A stretch of 63,563 bases of DNA, the filler included, from Deltaproteobacteria bacterium (GTDB lineage: Bacteria; Myxococcota; JACRCW01), in NCBI GenBank assembly GCA_016218805.1. It is 4 parts of 4 records of this genome, joined end to end, with 100 filler letters (N's around TTAATTAATTAA, not from the genome) between each part and the next. Parts side by side here need not be neighbours in the genome. Positions count along the whole stretch, not along the records: positions 25,566 to 53,161 come from JACRCW010000061.1; 3 more parts are not named here. One strand, given 5' to 3'. The notes beneath the pieces are model-generated. The model ran no database searches and was not told the origin of the DNA. It saw nothing but the letters and a program-made list of their open reading frames with translations. This document shows, piece after piece, positions 28,095 to 37,472 of this stretch (its first letter is position 1; every line of letters begins with the position of its first letter). The translations under genes were made by a program, and so were the position numbers.

Positions 28095-30950
28095 ATGTCC
28101 ATGCGCTTGGGTTTCAAGTCCGTCGTCGTCATTTCCACGCTTTCCGCGGGCGCGGCCCTCAGTGGCTGCGGCATGAAGTGCGCCAATGACAATGATTGTC
28201 CTCCGGGGTTCACCTGCAGCGACCAGCTGACCTGCGGGACGGGCACCTCGAACACCGGTTCGTCCTCGTCATCTTCGTCGTCGTCATCATCCACGGGTGG
28301 ATCCTCCTCGTCGTCCACGGCGACCTCCGGGACGACCCGCCCGTCGTCAGGCGGCGGCAGCAGCGACGGTGGCAGCTCCGCGGGCGGTCCGTCGTCATCG
28401 CAGGCCTCCGGCGGCGACACATCCACCATCGGTGCGTCCAGCGTCGGTGCGACGAGCCTCGGTGCCTCCAGCGGCCTCGCCTCCAGCCGCGTCGCATCCG
28501 GCAGCGGCGGTGCATCGTCCTCGGTCGCCACGACCAGCGGCACGGGAGGGTCGTCCGGCGCCACCAGCGGCGCCGTTTCCTCGCACTCCGGCGCCTCGTC
28601 CGGCAGCGGCTCCTCCGGCGGCGGCGGCCTCGAGGTGCGCCCGCTCTACCCGGTCAACGGCGCCGCGTGGACCGACTACGTGAAGGCCGATGGCGCCGGG
28701 CCCACCAGCGCCGGCGACCTGGCGTGCGACGCGGCCGCCGACGGTCCGTCATCGCCTGGGGGCGGCTCAACCGCGCCCTACTTCGCCTGCATCCACGGCG
28801 GCGAATTCCGTCGCTACTCCATCCCCGGTCGCACCGCCTGCACGGGCCTCACCGCGGCCGACACGCTCGGCGCCTTCGACTGGACGTGCCTCGAGCTTGC
28901 GGGGAACGCCGTGGCCGTCTCCACCGGGCTCAAGACCACCAAGCGCCTGTCGGACCTCGTGGACTTCACCAACGGCCGGTGGCGCACCAACTCCGTGATC
29001 GTCTCCGAAGGGGGCGGCACGCTGATCACGAGCGCGGCGGAGACCTGGTGGACCAACCCGGTCCGTCGCGTCGCCAGCGGCACGACGACGGGCACGGCGC
29101 ACGACGTCATTGCCCTGCCGGCGGGCGGCACGGGCAGCGTCAACATCATCGGCGCCGTGCACCACCTCTCCATCACGACGGAGCCCGGCTTCCGTCTCCC
29201 GGGCCTCGTCTCGGTGACGGGCAACTTCCTCTGGCTCGAGCCGCACATGGCCAACGCGCCGTTGACCGTCAGCACCGGCAGCTTTGTCGTCGTGCGTGGC
29301 GTGGACATCAGCGGCACGAACCTGAACCGCATGGCGCTCTATTCGCTGCGCGCATCCATCATCGAGGACGTGGTCATCTCCAACACCGTTCCGTCGGGCG
29401 CGGTCCACCAGGTCAATTTCCAGCGACTGGATGGGGTTCGCGTCCGACGAATCACGACCACGAAGGCGGGCGCCTGGGGCTTCCTCTGGGGCTGGACCGA
29501 CTCCACGCCCGGCGCGCTCAACTCGACGTTTGAGGACCTCCAGGACACGGGCTCGGCGGGCGGGTTCTCCTTCGGGTACACCACCGATTCCACGTTCACC
29601 AACCTCGTCTCGCGCGGGACGACCACCTACGACGGCTTCAACCTGGGCAGTTCCGTTTCGGGCTGCACCTTCGACCGAATGGCCACGTACGATGCCGCGG
29701 CGAACGGCATCATCACCTACGCCGACACCACCACCTACCGGCAGGTCCGTTCGCTTGGCTCCAGGAGCGCGGTCTCCTACGGCGTCCGCGCAAGCGGGCC
29801 TGACAGCCGCTGGGACGACGTTCTCGTCGTGAATTCCGCAGGCAATGCCGCGGCGTACCTGGGTGGCGAGCGCAATGCCGTCAACAACCTGCGCGTGTTC
29901 GGAGCCACGAACACCGGGGTAGGCATCTACTCCCAGGTCACGCAGTTGCGCCTCGCCAACGTCCTCGTCGCCGGGGCCAAGCTGGGCTTTTCCAGCGCCG
30001 TCGACAGCAACGGCGGCGGCTTTGTCGCCCAGAACGTCACGCTGGCCAACACCGAGGGCACCGCGTCCACCGACGGCAGCCTGCTCTATTCGAGTGGCCG
30101 CGGGCATAAGCTCGTGAGCAACCTGCTCGGCGTCAATGGCCGGTATGGCCTATACGCCAACCTCAATGCGACGCCCTATCCGCGCTTCCGCAACGTCGTC
30201 ATGGTCGGAACCGACCTCGAGCCACTGATGGTGACCGGCTCGGGTTCCGGCATCATGCTCGAGGCGATCGTGCGCCTCGGTCGCGACTCCGGCAGCGCGT
30301 ACTGCTCCGGTGGGGGATTGGACGGGAATTGCCTGCCGACACCGGCCGGCGTCACCCTCTCGACGGGACACGCCGACACCACCGTGCTCGTCGGACCGGT
30401 GACGTCGGATGCGGCGAATCCCACCGACACCAACGGAGGCGCCACGTTCGCCACCACGCTCGACTTCGAGAACTTTGACTCCGTGGAGCGCGGCTGGGGC
30501 AGGACCGGGGCGGGGACCTGGCCGAGCGCCGACCAGCGCGGCCGCTGCGCGGGAACCAACACCTGCCAGATCTACGACTTCTCGTTGGCAATGGGCGACA
30601 CCGCGGCGCGCGCCATCACCACCGCGATTCCCACCGGCGACGATATCCTGGTCTCCAACGACAAGCCGCAGGCCGCCAACGCAGCGAGCCAGGGGGATTG
30701 CGACCTCGCCTCTCCAGGCAGCACCTACGCGGGCGGCCTGTGCGAGACGCGCTTCCTCAAGAACGCCGTGGAAATCATGTTTGACGGCATCGGCGACGAC
30801 GACACCCTGTGCGAATCCGGCGAAACGTGCCTTTTCAGCCCCAACGCGGGCTTTTACCAGGGACACGGCGCGCTGGAGTCGGCGGGCGCGTTCGTGGACG
30901 GCCAGATCACCGGCGTGACGCTGCAGCGCTACCCGAGCAACGGCAGGTAG
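28095..30950 (+). CDS. Large lipoprotein with Ser/Gly-rich linker and right-handed parallel beta-helix
   Basis: Lipobox LSGC, short Cys motif, ~120-aa S/G/T linker, Asn/Gly beta-helix repeats, Cys-bridged C-terminal cap. Confidence 0.8.
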   Translation: MSMRLGFKSVVVISTLSAGAALSGCGMKCANDNDCPPGFTCSDQLTCGTGTSNTGSSSSSSSSSSSTGGSSSSSTATSGTTRPSSGGGSSDGGSSAGGPSSSQASGGDTSTIGASSVGATSLGASSGLASSRVASGSGGASSSVATTSGTGGSSGATSGAVSSHSGASSGSGSSGGGGLEVRPLYPVNGAAWTDYVKADGAGPTSAGDLACDAAADGPSSPGGGSTAPYFACIHGGEFRRYSIPGRTACTGLTAADTLGAFDWTCLELAGNAVAVSTGLKTTKRLSDLVDFTNGRWRTNSVIVSEGGGTLITSAAETWWTNPVRRVASGTTTGTAHDVIALPAGGTGSVNIIGAVHHLSITTEPGFRLPGLVSVTGNFLWLEPHMANAPLTVSTGSFVVVRGVDISGTNLNRMALYSLRASIIEDVVISNTVPSGAVHQVNFQRLDGVRVRRITTTKAGAWGFLWGWTDSTPGALNSTFEDLQDTGSAGGFSFGYTTDSTFTNLVSRGTTTYDGFNLGSSVSGCTFDRMATYDAAANGIITYADTTTYRQVRSLGSRSAVSYGVRASGPDSRWDDVLVVNSAGNAAAYLGGERNAVNNLRVFGATNTGVGIYSQVTQLRLANVLVAGAKLGFSSAVDSNGGGFVAQNVTLANTEGTASTDGSLLYSSGRGHKLVSNLLGVNGRYGLYANLNATPYPRFRNVVMVGTDLEPLMVTGSGSGIMLEAIVRLGRDSGSAYCSGGGLDGNCLPTPAGVTLSTGHADTTVLVGPVTSDAANPTDTNGGATFATTLDFENFDSVERGWGRTGAGTWPSADQRGRCAGTNTCQIYDFSLAMGDTAARAITTAIPTGDDILVSNDKPQAANAASQGDCDLASPGSTYAGGLCETRFLKNAVEIMFDGIGDDDTLCESGETCLFSPNAGFYQGHGALESAGAFVDGQITGVTLQRYPSNGR

Positions 30951-31170
30951 AGCTTGTCCGGCAATTGGAAAACTGGGAATTGCGCCCGCCTGAGACGTTC
31001 CTCCGCGTCAATCCAACACGGACCCCCTGCGCCACGTATGGTCAGTGGCATACGCCGTCTTCGCCCGCCCAATTCGGTTCACTTCGCAATGCCCCCCCGA
31101 TGCAACCCACCAGCAGCACCACCACCTACCAGGCCAACCGTGCGCTGCGCGTCCCCACGGAGCACGTCAT

Positions 31171-32346
31171 TCACGGGCTCGGAGAGGCGCGCGGCCGCGT
31201 CCCGTCACGCCACTTCACCGCCACGCTCCCGTCGCTGGCCAGGCGGAAATCCACCGGTCCGTCCCAACCGGTGCCAAACACGGCGCGGTCCATTTCATGC
31301 GAATCAAACTTTGTCTGGCCGCTGGCCCACTGCACCGTTGACGGGAAGGGCCGCGGCCACAGCGAGTCCGCCGCTTCAATGACCGCAATCGCCTTCTGCC
31401 GCGGGTGACCGTACTTCCACGCGGTCCAGTCTTCCCGGCGGGTGGCGCGGCCCATGGACACCACCGCGGCCAGCGGTGTCATGGCGTCGACCAGTTCGCG
31501 CGTGGTCCCGTTGTGGCTGCCGTGGTGCCCCACGACGTACAGGTCTACGTCCAACAACCCGGTCCCCCGCCAGCGCGCGTTGAGCGTGCGCAGCGCGGGC
31601 TCCTCCAGGTCACCGGTGATGAGGACGGACGCTTTGCCAAAGTCCACGCGCAGGGCCACGGAGTGGTTGTTGTCGTTGTCAAAGTTGCGCCGCTCACCAA
31701 AGCCCAGCCCCCAGCCCGGGTCTGACGTGAAACCGCCGTGCAACGCGCGAATCCGCGGGTCCACCTCGGGACACACCAGCGGGTCCAGCTCGCGCGGCGC
31801 GTATCCCTCGGTTCCCTCCAGTTCCGCATCCGTCACGCTGCGCCGCGGGATGTTCCGCTCCTGCGCCAGGCGCAGCACCTCCTCCACCAGCGGGCGCGCC
31901 AACTCGGCCCCCGGGCGCCCGTCGTCCACCAGCGCACCCACCTGCAACGCGGAGAGCACCCACGCGGCGCCGCGCACGTGATCCAGGTGCGGGTGCGTGA
32001 GCACCAGAACGTCCAACCGCCGCTGCAGGTCCGTGCGCCGCGCAAAGAACGCTTCCAGTTGGCGTTTGAGCAGCTTCACGCCGTCAAAGTGCGTGCTCAC
32101 CTCCGCGCCCGCATCAACGAGCATGGCGCCGCACGGGAACTCCAGCAGCGTGGCGGCGCCCTGGCCCACGTCCAGCGCGTGCAGCGTGAAGGTGCGCGCG
32201 GCGTCAAACACCGGGTCGTTCCACGCCTTCCATGGCCCGCGCCGCACTTCTGGCGGCGGCGGCTCCGCGGCCGGCGCCTCCTCCACGGCGGGCGGCGGTG
32301 ACGACGACAACGCGGCCTGGCGCGCGGCGCAGGCACCGGCGAACAC
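31171..32346 (-). CDS. ComEC/Rec2-like metallo-beta-lactamase-fold hydrolase (start uncertain)
   Basis: DVGQG, LTHPHLDH, NNHSV, TGD, GHHGS, YGHP. Confidence 0.88.
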   Translation of the reverse strand: MFAGACAARQAALSSSPPPAVEEAPAAEPPPPEVRRGPWKAWNDPVFDAARTFTLHALDVGQGAATLLEFPCGAMLVDAGAEVSTHFDGVKLLKRQLEAFFARRTDLQRRLDVLVLTHPHLDHVRGAAWVLSALQVGALVDDGRPGAELARPLVEEVLRLAQERNIPRRSVTDAELEGTEGYAPRELDPLVCPEVDPRIRALHGGFTSDPGWGLGFGERRNFDNDNNHSVALRVDFGKASVLITGDLEEPALRTLNARWRGTGLLDVDLYVVGHHGSHNGTTRELVDAMTPLAAVVSMGRATRREDWTAWKYGHPRQKAIAVIEAADSLWPRPFPSTVQWASGQTKFDSHEMDRAVFGTGWDGPVDFRLASDGSVAVKWRDGTRPRASPSP

Positions 32347-32375
32347 CAGCGCGGCCAGCGCGGGAACGCGGCGGT

Positions 32376-33452
32376 TCAGGCGAACACCGCTTGCAGTGCC
32401 GCAGCCACGCGCTGCGGATGCAGGCTGGAGGGTGAAGGTTCCAGCGCCTCGCTGAGCACGGAGGTGACGACGGGAAACTTGCGCCCGCGCTTGGCGGGTC
32501 CCTGGAACGGGTACACCTTCTCCGGCACCGCCCAGAACACCGGGTTGCGCTCCTCGGCCTGCAACCCGTCCGCGGCACGGGCCAGTTCCGGCAGGTGGAA
32601 GCGCAGCTCATGGTCCGCTGTCCCGCGTGAGATTCCCGGCGGCGTCCACAGCGAGGGTGCCTCCGCCCACGCGTGACCAGGGAACCACACGTCATGGAAC
32701 CAGCCGCCCTGCGCCTCCACGCTCACCAGCACCACGCGCTGCGCATCCAGGCGCGCGCGCACGCGCGGGGACAGCAGCGCACCGTCGCGCAGCGGCGCAT
32801 CAAATTGCGGGATGAACAGGGCCTCCGCCAGCCGCGTAGAAACGACAGAAGCGGGCAACAGGTACGTCGCCAGGCGCTCCGTGGGCACGCGGCGCTGGAT
32901 GCCGCCGTCCTCCACCAGCGCCACCTGCGCGTTGAGCAGTTCCACCGCCTCGCGGGCCTCGCTGTCATCCCGCCCCAGTCCGCCCAGGTACCGCTCCACC
33001 ACGCCAAAACACCCGCGGCACACTGAGTTGGCGTCCTCCTTCTCGCGCAGGCCGCGCCGCATGCGCCGGTTCACCGCCTCGTACAGCACCAGCACCTCGG
33101 GGCTGGCCCAGGACCAGAAGTCCCCCACCTCGCTGCACAGCGCCAGGTTGGTCCCGTGGTTCAGTGCCAGTTCCGGCTGCACCAGCACAAACGCGGCCAG
33201 GATGGCATCCACCGCCATGTGCCCCGTGAGCGCCACGTCGCCCTCATCCGCGTTGCGCTCGGAGACGTACCGCAGTGCCGCGCCGGTGGCGGTGTCCGCG
33301 CGCCATGCCTGCGGCGTGCGGTGGCCGCGCCAGTGCCCCAACTCCACGTCGCGTCCCGCCAGCAGCATCGGGTCGCGCGCGCCGTCCACGGCGATCAGGC
33401 GTCCCGCGTCGGGCCGCGGCTCGCGGCTCAGGAGGCAATGGAAACGGCGCAT
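32376..33452 (-). CDS. Hypothetical protein (DUF6687-like)
   Basis: LGHWRGHRTP..RADTAT, H..VDAILA, EVGDF. Confidence 0.6.
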   Translation of the reverse strand: MRRFHCLLSREPRPDAGRLIAVDGARDPMLLAGRDVELGHWRGHRTPQAWRADTATGAALRYVSERNADEGDVALTGHMAVDAILAAFVLVQPELALNHGTNLALCSEVGDFWSWASPEVLVLYEAVNRRMRRGLREKEDANSVCRGCFGVVERYLGGLGRDDSEAREAVELLNAQVALVEDGGIQRRVPTERLATYLLPASVVSTRLAEALFIPQFDAPLRDGALLSPRVRARLDAQRVVLVSVEAQGGWFHDVWFPGHAWAEAPSLWTPPGISRGTADHELRFHLPELARAADGLQAEERNPVFWAVPEKVYPFQGPAKRGRKFPVVTSVLSEALEPSPSSLHPQRVAAALQAVFA

Positions 33453-33463
33453 GGGCAGCGAGC

Positions 33464-33982
33464 CTACTCCAGGAACAGGCCCTTTCGCAGGCGTTCGCGC
33501 TGTTCCGCGGTGACGGACGCATCCTCCAGCAGGCGGAGCATCCCGGCCGCATCGCGGCGGACCGCGCGGTGGCCGCAGCCCGGCAGGAAGCGCGGCGTGG
33601 CCTGGTGCAACAGCAGGCGCGGGTAGTCGCGGCACATGCCGGGGCGGCTCTCATAGCTGTCACAGCGGCGCGTGGCGACGTCAAAGTGCGTGCACCGGAA
33701 CACCAGCACGTGCGCGTCACCCTCCTCGCGCAGCAGCACAAACCCGTTGACCACGCGCTGCCAGAGCACCATCAGCGCGCGCAGCGGGCGCACCCGGAAG
33801 GCCAGTGCGGGCAACTCCATGGCGGGCTCGTCACAGCATTCCGCGCACGCGCGGCATTCCCCGCCCAGCTCATACGGGAGCAACCCGCGGCGGCGCAGCC
33901 ACCACCGCGCCACCGCCAGGTCCGCGGCGTAGCCCGCGCGCGCCACCGCCTTGATGGCGCGCCGGACCGGTCCGTCCTGCAT
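33464..33982 (-). CDS. YkgJ-family CxxCxxCC cysteine-cluster protein
   Basis: CRACAECC..C.HF..RCDSYESRPGMCRDYP. Confidence 0.85.
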   Translation of the reverse strand: MQDGPVRRAIKAVARAGYAADLAVARWWLRRRGLLPYELGGECRACAECCDEPAMELPALAFRVRPLRALMVLWQRVVNGFVLLREEGDAHVLVFRCTHFDVATRRCDSYESRPGMCRDYPRLLLHQATPRFLPGCGHRAVRRDAAGMLRLLEDASVTAEQRERLRKGLFLE

Positions 33983-33983
33983 G

Positions 33984-36026
33984 TCAGCGGTTGGCCAGCG
34001 CCTGCTCAATGGCCTTCATGCCGTCGGCGCCCAGCGTCTTCTTCCACTGCTCAATGCCCTTGTCGCTGCCGGCGTACGTGTGTTCGTCCGCCTTCAGGCT
34101 GCGCCGCGCGTCGGAGTAGGTCACCGTGTCCGGCAGCCCGTACGCCTTACGCAGTTCGTCAAAGATCATCTCCTCGCGGCCCCACTCCTCATCAATGTCC
34201 GTGGAATGGGCAATGAGCGTCAGCCCCTGCAGCGCCTTCTCCGCCTTGCTGGAGCCGTCGCCGTACTTCATGGCCGCCTCCATGAAGCTGGCCGCCTTGA
34301 CCACCTCCTCGGATGCGTGCGCAAACCGCTCATTGAGCTGCAGCTTGTACACCGTCTGCGTGGACGGGCTGTCCAGGTTGGAGCGCTTGCCGTCCAGGCC
34401 CTTCGCCTTGAGGTCCACCTTCTCTTCAACAATGCGGACCATCTTGTTCTCTTCGCCCGGGCCCGGCGTGAAGTAGCCGCCGGAGACAAACGGGTTGCCG
34501 CGCTCAATGTGGTCCAGGAAGTCACTGAAGCCCAGCGTGGTGTTCACAATCTGCGAAGCGTTGTGGATGCGCGTGCCGGCCAGCACCTGGTCCCGCTTGG
34601 ACGGCGTGGCGGCCACAAACGCGCTGGCGGTATCGCCCGGCACGTCAAACGTGTCGAAGTCGTACACCTTGTCCAACAGGTCCGCGCGCCCGTCGTGGTC
34701 GCGGTCGTACAGCTTCATGCGGGTGAACTCGTCCGCGGGCGTCACGTAGTTCTGCCGCGAGTTGCTGTAGCCGCCACCCTCAATCTTGTCGTGGATGTCC
34801 GTCCAGCCCTTGCGGCCCGCCACGCCCTCCAGGAACGTCTTGAACGCAAAGTGGTCCTCGTGCTCGTAGGACGAATAGCGCGTGGTGACGAGGTCAGCCT
34901 CCGGGTACTTGTCCCGGATCTTGTTGGCCACGCCCTGTCCGCAGCACTGGTGGATGAGCATGACCTTGGGCGGGTTGGTCATGTCCGGGCTGGTGCGCAG
35001 CGCGCGCGGCATGTTCTTCCCCCAGCCCGAGTGACCGGAGTACGCCACCACGTGCGTGTCCTTGTCTTTCATGTCGTCAAAGGTGCCGGAGTCCCCGTTG
35101 TACATCTTCATCCGCACCTTGGTGCCGTTGATGTCCTTCTCCAGGATGGTGGGCTTGCTGTAGTCACCCTGCTGCACCACGGAGAACCCGTCGCGCTTCC
35201 ACGCGCCGATTTCGGACTCGTAGAACTCGCCGCCGGTGTGGCACACCACGTTGAGCGTCTTGTTCCCGTTGGCAAACCACTGGTCATACGGCGGCGCGGT
35301 GGGCGCAAACGCCTTGTACGCGTCGTCGACGATCGCCTTCTGCTCGGGCGTGGCCAGCGTGTCCCGCAGGCCGTGCAGGTGGAAGGACATGTGGTCACGC
35401 AGGCCGGGGTTGGTCTCTTTCTTGATGAGGTCCACCAGCGACTTGAGGCACTTGTCCTGCAGCAGCTTGCCCTGCGGGTCCGCGTTGTTCAGGGACCCCA
35501 TGACCTCGCGCAGCACGGTGGCGGTGGAGGAGCGCTGCTGCGCCGCCTGGGACGGCGTGTAGCCCGCGGGCGCGTTGGCACCGGCCGGGCACTGCGCCAG
35601 CCCCACCAGCGCGCGGTCCACCACGGCGGTCTTGTCGGCCATGGAGAGCTTGGCGGCCACGTCCTGGCCCGGCTCGGCAAACACGCGCGCGGCGCGCAGC
35701 AGCGTCTGGCCGTATGCCTGCGGCGTGGCGGGCAGCGCGGCGTTGGGCTCATTCACAAACACGCCGCCCTTCACAAACAGCTTGGTGCCATCCGGCAGGG
35801 TGCCGGCGGCGCCGCCCGAGGGGGCCGCCGCGGAGATGAAGTCATTGAGGCGGCGCAGGGCACCCGGGGTGACCTTCCCGGTGAACTGCGGATCCTGCAG
35901 CAGCTTCTTGACCTCGTCCGCCGCCTGGGGCGTGGCGGTGCCGGTGGTGCGGAGGAGTTTCTGGGCGTCCAGCGTGGAGAAGCGGCCGTCCGCGGCCAGG
36001 TTCCGGGCAAGCGAGCTGATGGACAT
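33984..36026 (-). CDS. Hypothetical 680-aa protein with a possible caspase/gingipain-like His-Cys domain
   Basis: Strong host codon bias, GGAGA RBS; VVAYSGHSG..MLIHQCCG; EF-hand-like DRDHDGRAD. Confidence 0.75.
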   Translation of the reverse strand: MSISSLARNLAADGRFSTLDAQKLLRTTGTATPQAADEVKKLLQDPQFTGKVTPGALRRLNDFISAAAPSGGAAGTLPDGTKLFVKGGVFVNEPNAALPATPQAYGQTLLRAARVFAEPGQDVAAKLSMADKTAVVDRALVGLAQCPAGANAPAGYTPSQAAQQRSSTATVLREVMGSLNNADPQGKLLQDKCLKSLVDLIKKETNPGLRDHMSFHLHGLRDTLATPEQKAIVDDAYKAFAPTAPPYDQWFANGNKTLNVVCHTGGEFYESEIGAWKRDGFSVVQQGDYSKPTILEKDINGTKVRMKMYNGDSGTFDDMKDKDTHVVAYSGHSGWGKNMPRALRTSPDMTNPPKVMLIHQCCGQGVANKIRDKYPEADLVTTRYSSYEHEDHFAFKTFLEGVAGRKGWTDIHDKIEGGGYSNSRQNYVTPADEFTRMKLYDRDHDGRADLLDKVYDFDTFDVPGDTASAFVAATPSKRDQVLAGTRIHNASQIVNTTLGFSDFLDHIERGNPFVSGGYFTPGPGEENKMVRIVEEKVDLKAKGLDGKRSNLDSPSTQTVYKLQLNERFAHASEEVVKAASFMEAAMKYGDGSSKAEKALQGLTLIAHSTDIDEEWGREEMIFDELRKAYGLPDTVTYSDARRSLKADEHTYAGSDKGIEQWKKTLGADGMKAIEQALANR

Positions 36027-36134
36027 GATCTCTCCGTGGTGGGCCGCGCGGGCGTGCCCGGCGGCGTGACCGGGGCCTTCTAGCAGGTCACGCGGGGGTT
36101 GGCGCGGTCCCGGCCGAGGCTGCGCCGGGGTGGC

Positions 36135-36413
36135 TCAGGCCGTGGACCGGACGCTGAACCCGACGACGGCGGGGTCCGGCGGCACGCGCTCCACGGTGAC
36201 ACCCGTCACGTCCGCCGACGGGCTGCCCTGGTGGCACCAGCCGGTGAACGCATCCAGGGCGGCGCGCTCGCCCTGGGCAAACGCCTCAACGCTGCCGTCG
36301 CGCCGGTTGCGCACCCACCCGGTGAGCCCCATGCGGCGGCCGGCGTCCTGGCAGTACGCGCGGTATGACACGCCCTGCACGCGACCGGTGACGACGACGC
36401 GGATGGCCTCCAT
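36135..36413 (-). CDS. acyP: Acylphosphatase
   Basis: VTGRVQGVSYR..GWVRN..DGSVE. Confidence 0.95.
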   Translation of the reverse strand: MEAIRVVVTGRVQGVSYRAYCQDAGRRMGLTGWVRNRRDGSVEAFAQGERAALDAFTGWCHQGSPSADVTGVTVERVPPDPAVVGFSVRSTA

Positions 36414-36431
36414 GCCTGCCTCCTGACCTGC

Positions 36432-37472
36432 TCAACCCCCAAAGTGCCGCCAACCCCGCAGCGCGGCCAGGCCGGGCGAAGGCGGCGTCCCACCGGCGTC
36501 CATGGCCAGCACGTCCTCCCAGCCGGCGTGCATCCCGTGCAGCACCAGCGCGCGGTCGCGCGTGATGGTGCCCACCCGCGCCACGGGCGTCCCCGCCGCC
36601 CGCGCCGCGCGCTCCACCGCCGCCGCGTCCGGCGCGGTGAACAGCAGCTCAAAGTCCTCCCCACCGGCCCACGCCAGGCGCCGCGCTTCGTCCGGCGGGA
36701 GCGCGGCCAGCGCGGGATGGCGCGGCAGCCGGTCCTCCTCCAGCGCGGCCCCCACGCCGGAGGCGGCCAGCACGTGGCAGAGGTCCTGCAGCGTCCCGTC
36801 GCTGGTGTCGATGCAGGCGGTGGCAACGCCGCGCAGCGCCCGCCCCAGCGCCAGGCGCGCCACCGGACACAGCTGCCGGGCCAGCGCATCCCGCTCCTCC
36901 GCCGAGCTGACCGACGCCAACGCAGCCTGCACGCCCTCTGGCCGCCACTCAAAGGCCGCGGTGCGTTTGAGTCCCGCCGCGGCCCCGCCCAAGGTGCCGG
37001 AGATCCACACGCCGTCCCCGGGCCGCGCCCCGGAGCGCACCAGCGCGCTTCCCGGTGGCACGCTCCCCAACGCGGTGATGCACACCACCACCGGCCCCTT
37101 GGTCGACGACAAGTCCCCCCCGTGGCACGGCAGCGCGTGCGCGCGCGCCGCGTCCGCCGCGCCCGCCGCCAGCCCGGCCCACGCGTCTTCGCGCAGGTCC
37201 GCCGGCGCGGCGACCACGAGCAGGAACCCCACCGGGTCTGCGCCCATGGCCGCCAGGTCAGAGGCGTTGGCGCCCACCGCCTTGCGCCCCACGGCGTCCC
37301 ACGGGAAGCGCGCGTCAAAGTCCACGCCCTCCACCAGTGCGTCGGTGGTCACCACCACGTCACCAGGGATGCGCAGTACCGCCGCGTCGTCACCATTGCC
37401 CACCACCACGTGCGGCCCGCCTTCCGGCAGGACGGCGCGCAGCGCGCGGATGCGGTCAAACTCGCTGTTCAC
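36432..37472 (-). CDS. thiL: Thiamine-monophosphate kinase
   Basis: EFDRI, GDDAA, TTDALVEGVDF, NASDLAAMG, IDTSDG, GGEDFEL. Confidence 0.95.
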   Translation of the reverse strand: MNSEFDRIRALRAVLPEGGPHVVVGNGDDAAVLRIPGDVVVTTDALVEGVDFDARFPWDAVGRKAVGANASDLAAMGADPVGFLLVVAAPADLREDAWAGLAAGAADAARAHALPCHGGDLSSTKGPVVVCITALGSVPPGSALVRSGARPGDGVWISGTLGGAAAGLKRTAAFEWRPEGVQAALASVSSAEERDALARQLCPVARLALGRALRGVATACIDTSDGTLQDLCHVLAASGVGAALEEDRLPRHPALAALPPDEARRLAWAGGEDFELLFTAPDAAAVERAARAAGTPVARVGTITRDRALVLHGMHAGWEDVLAMDAGGTPPSPGLAALRGWRHFGG

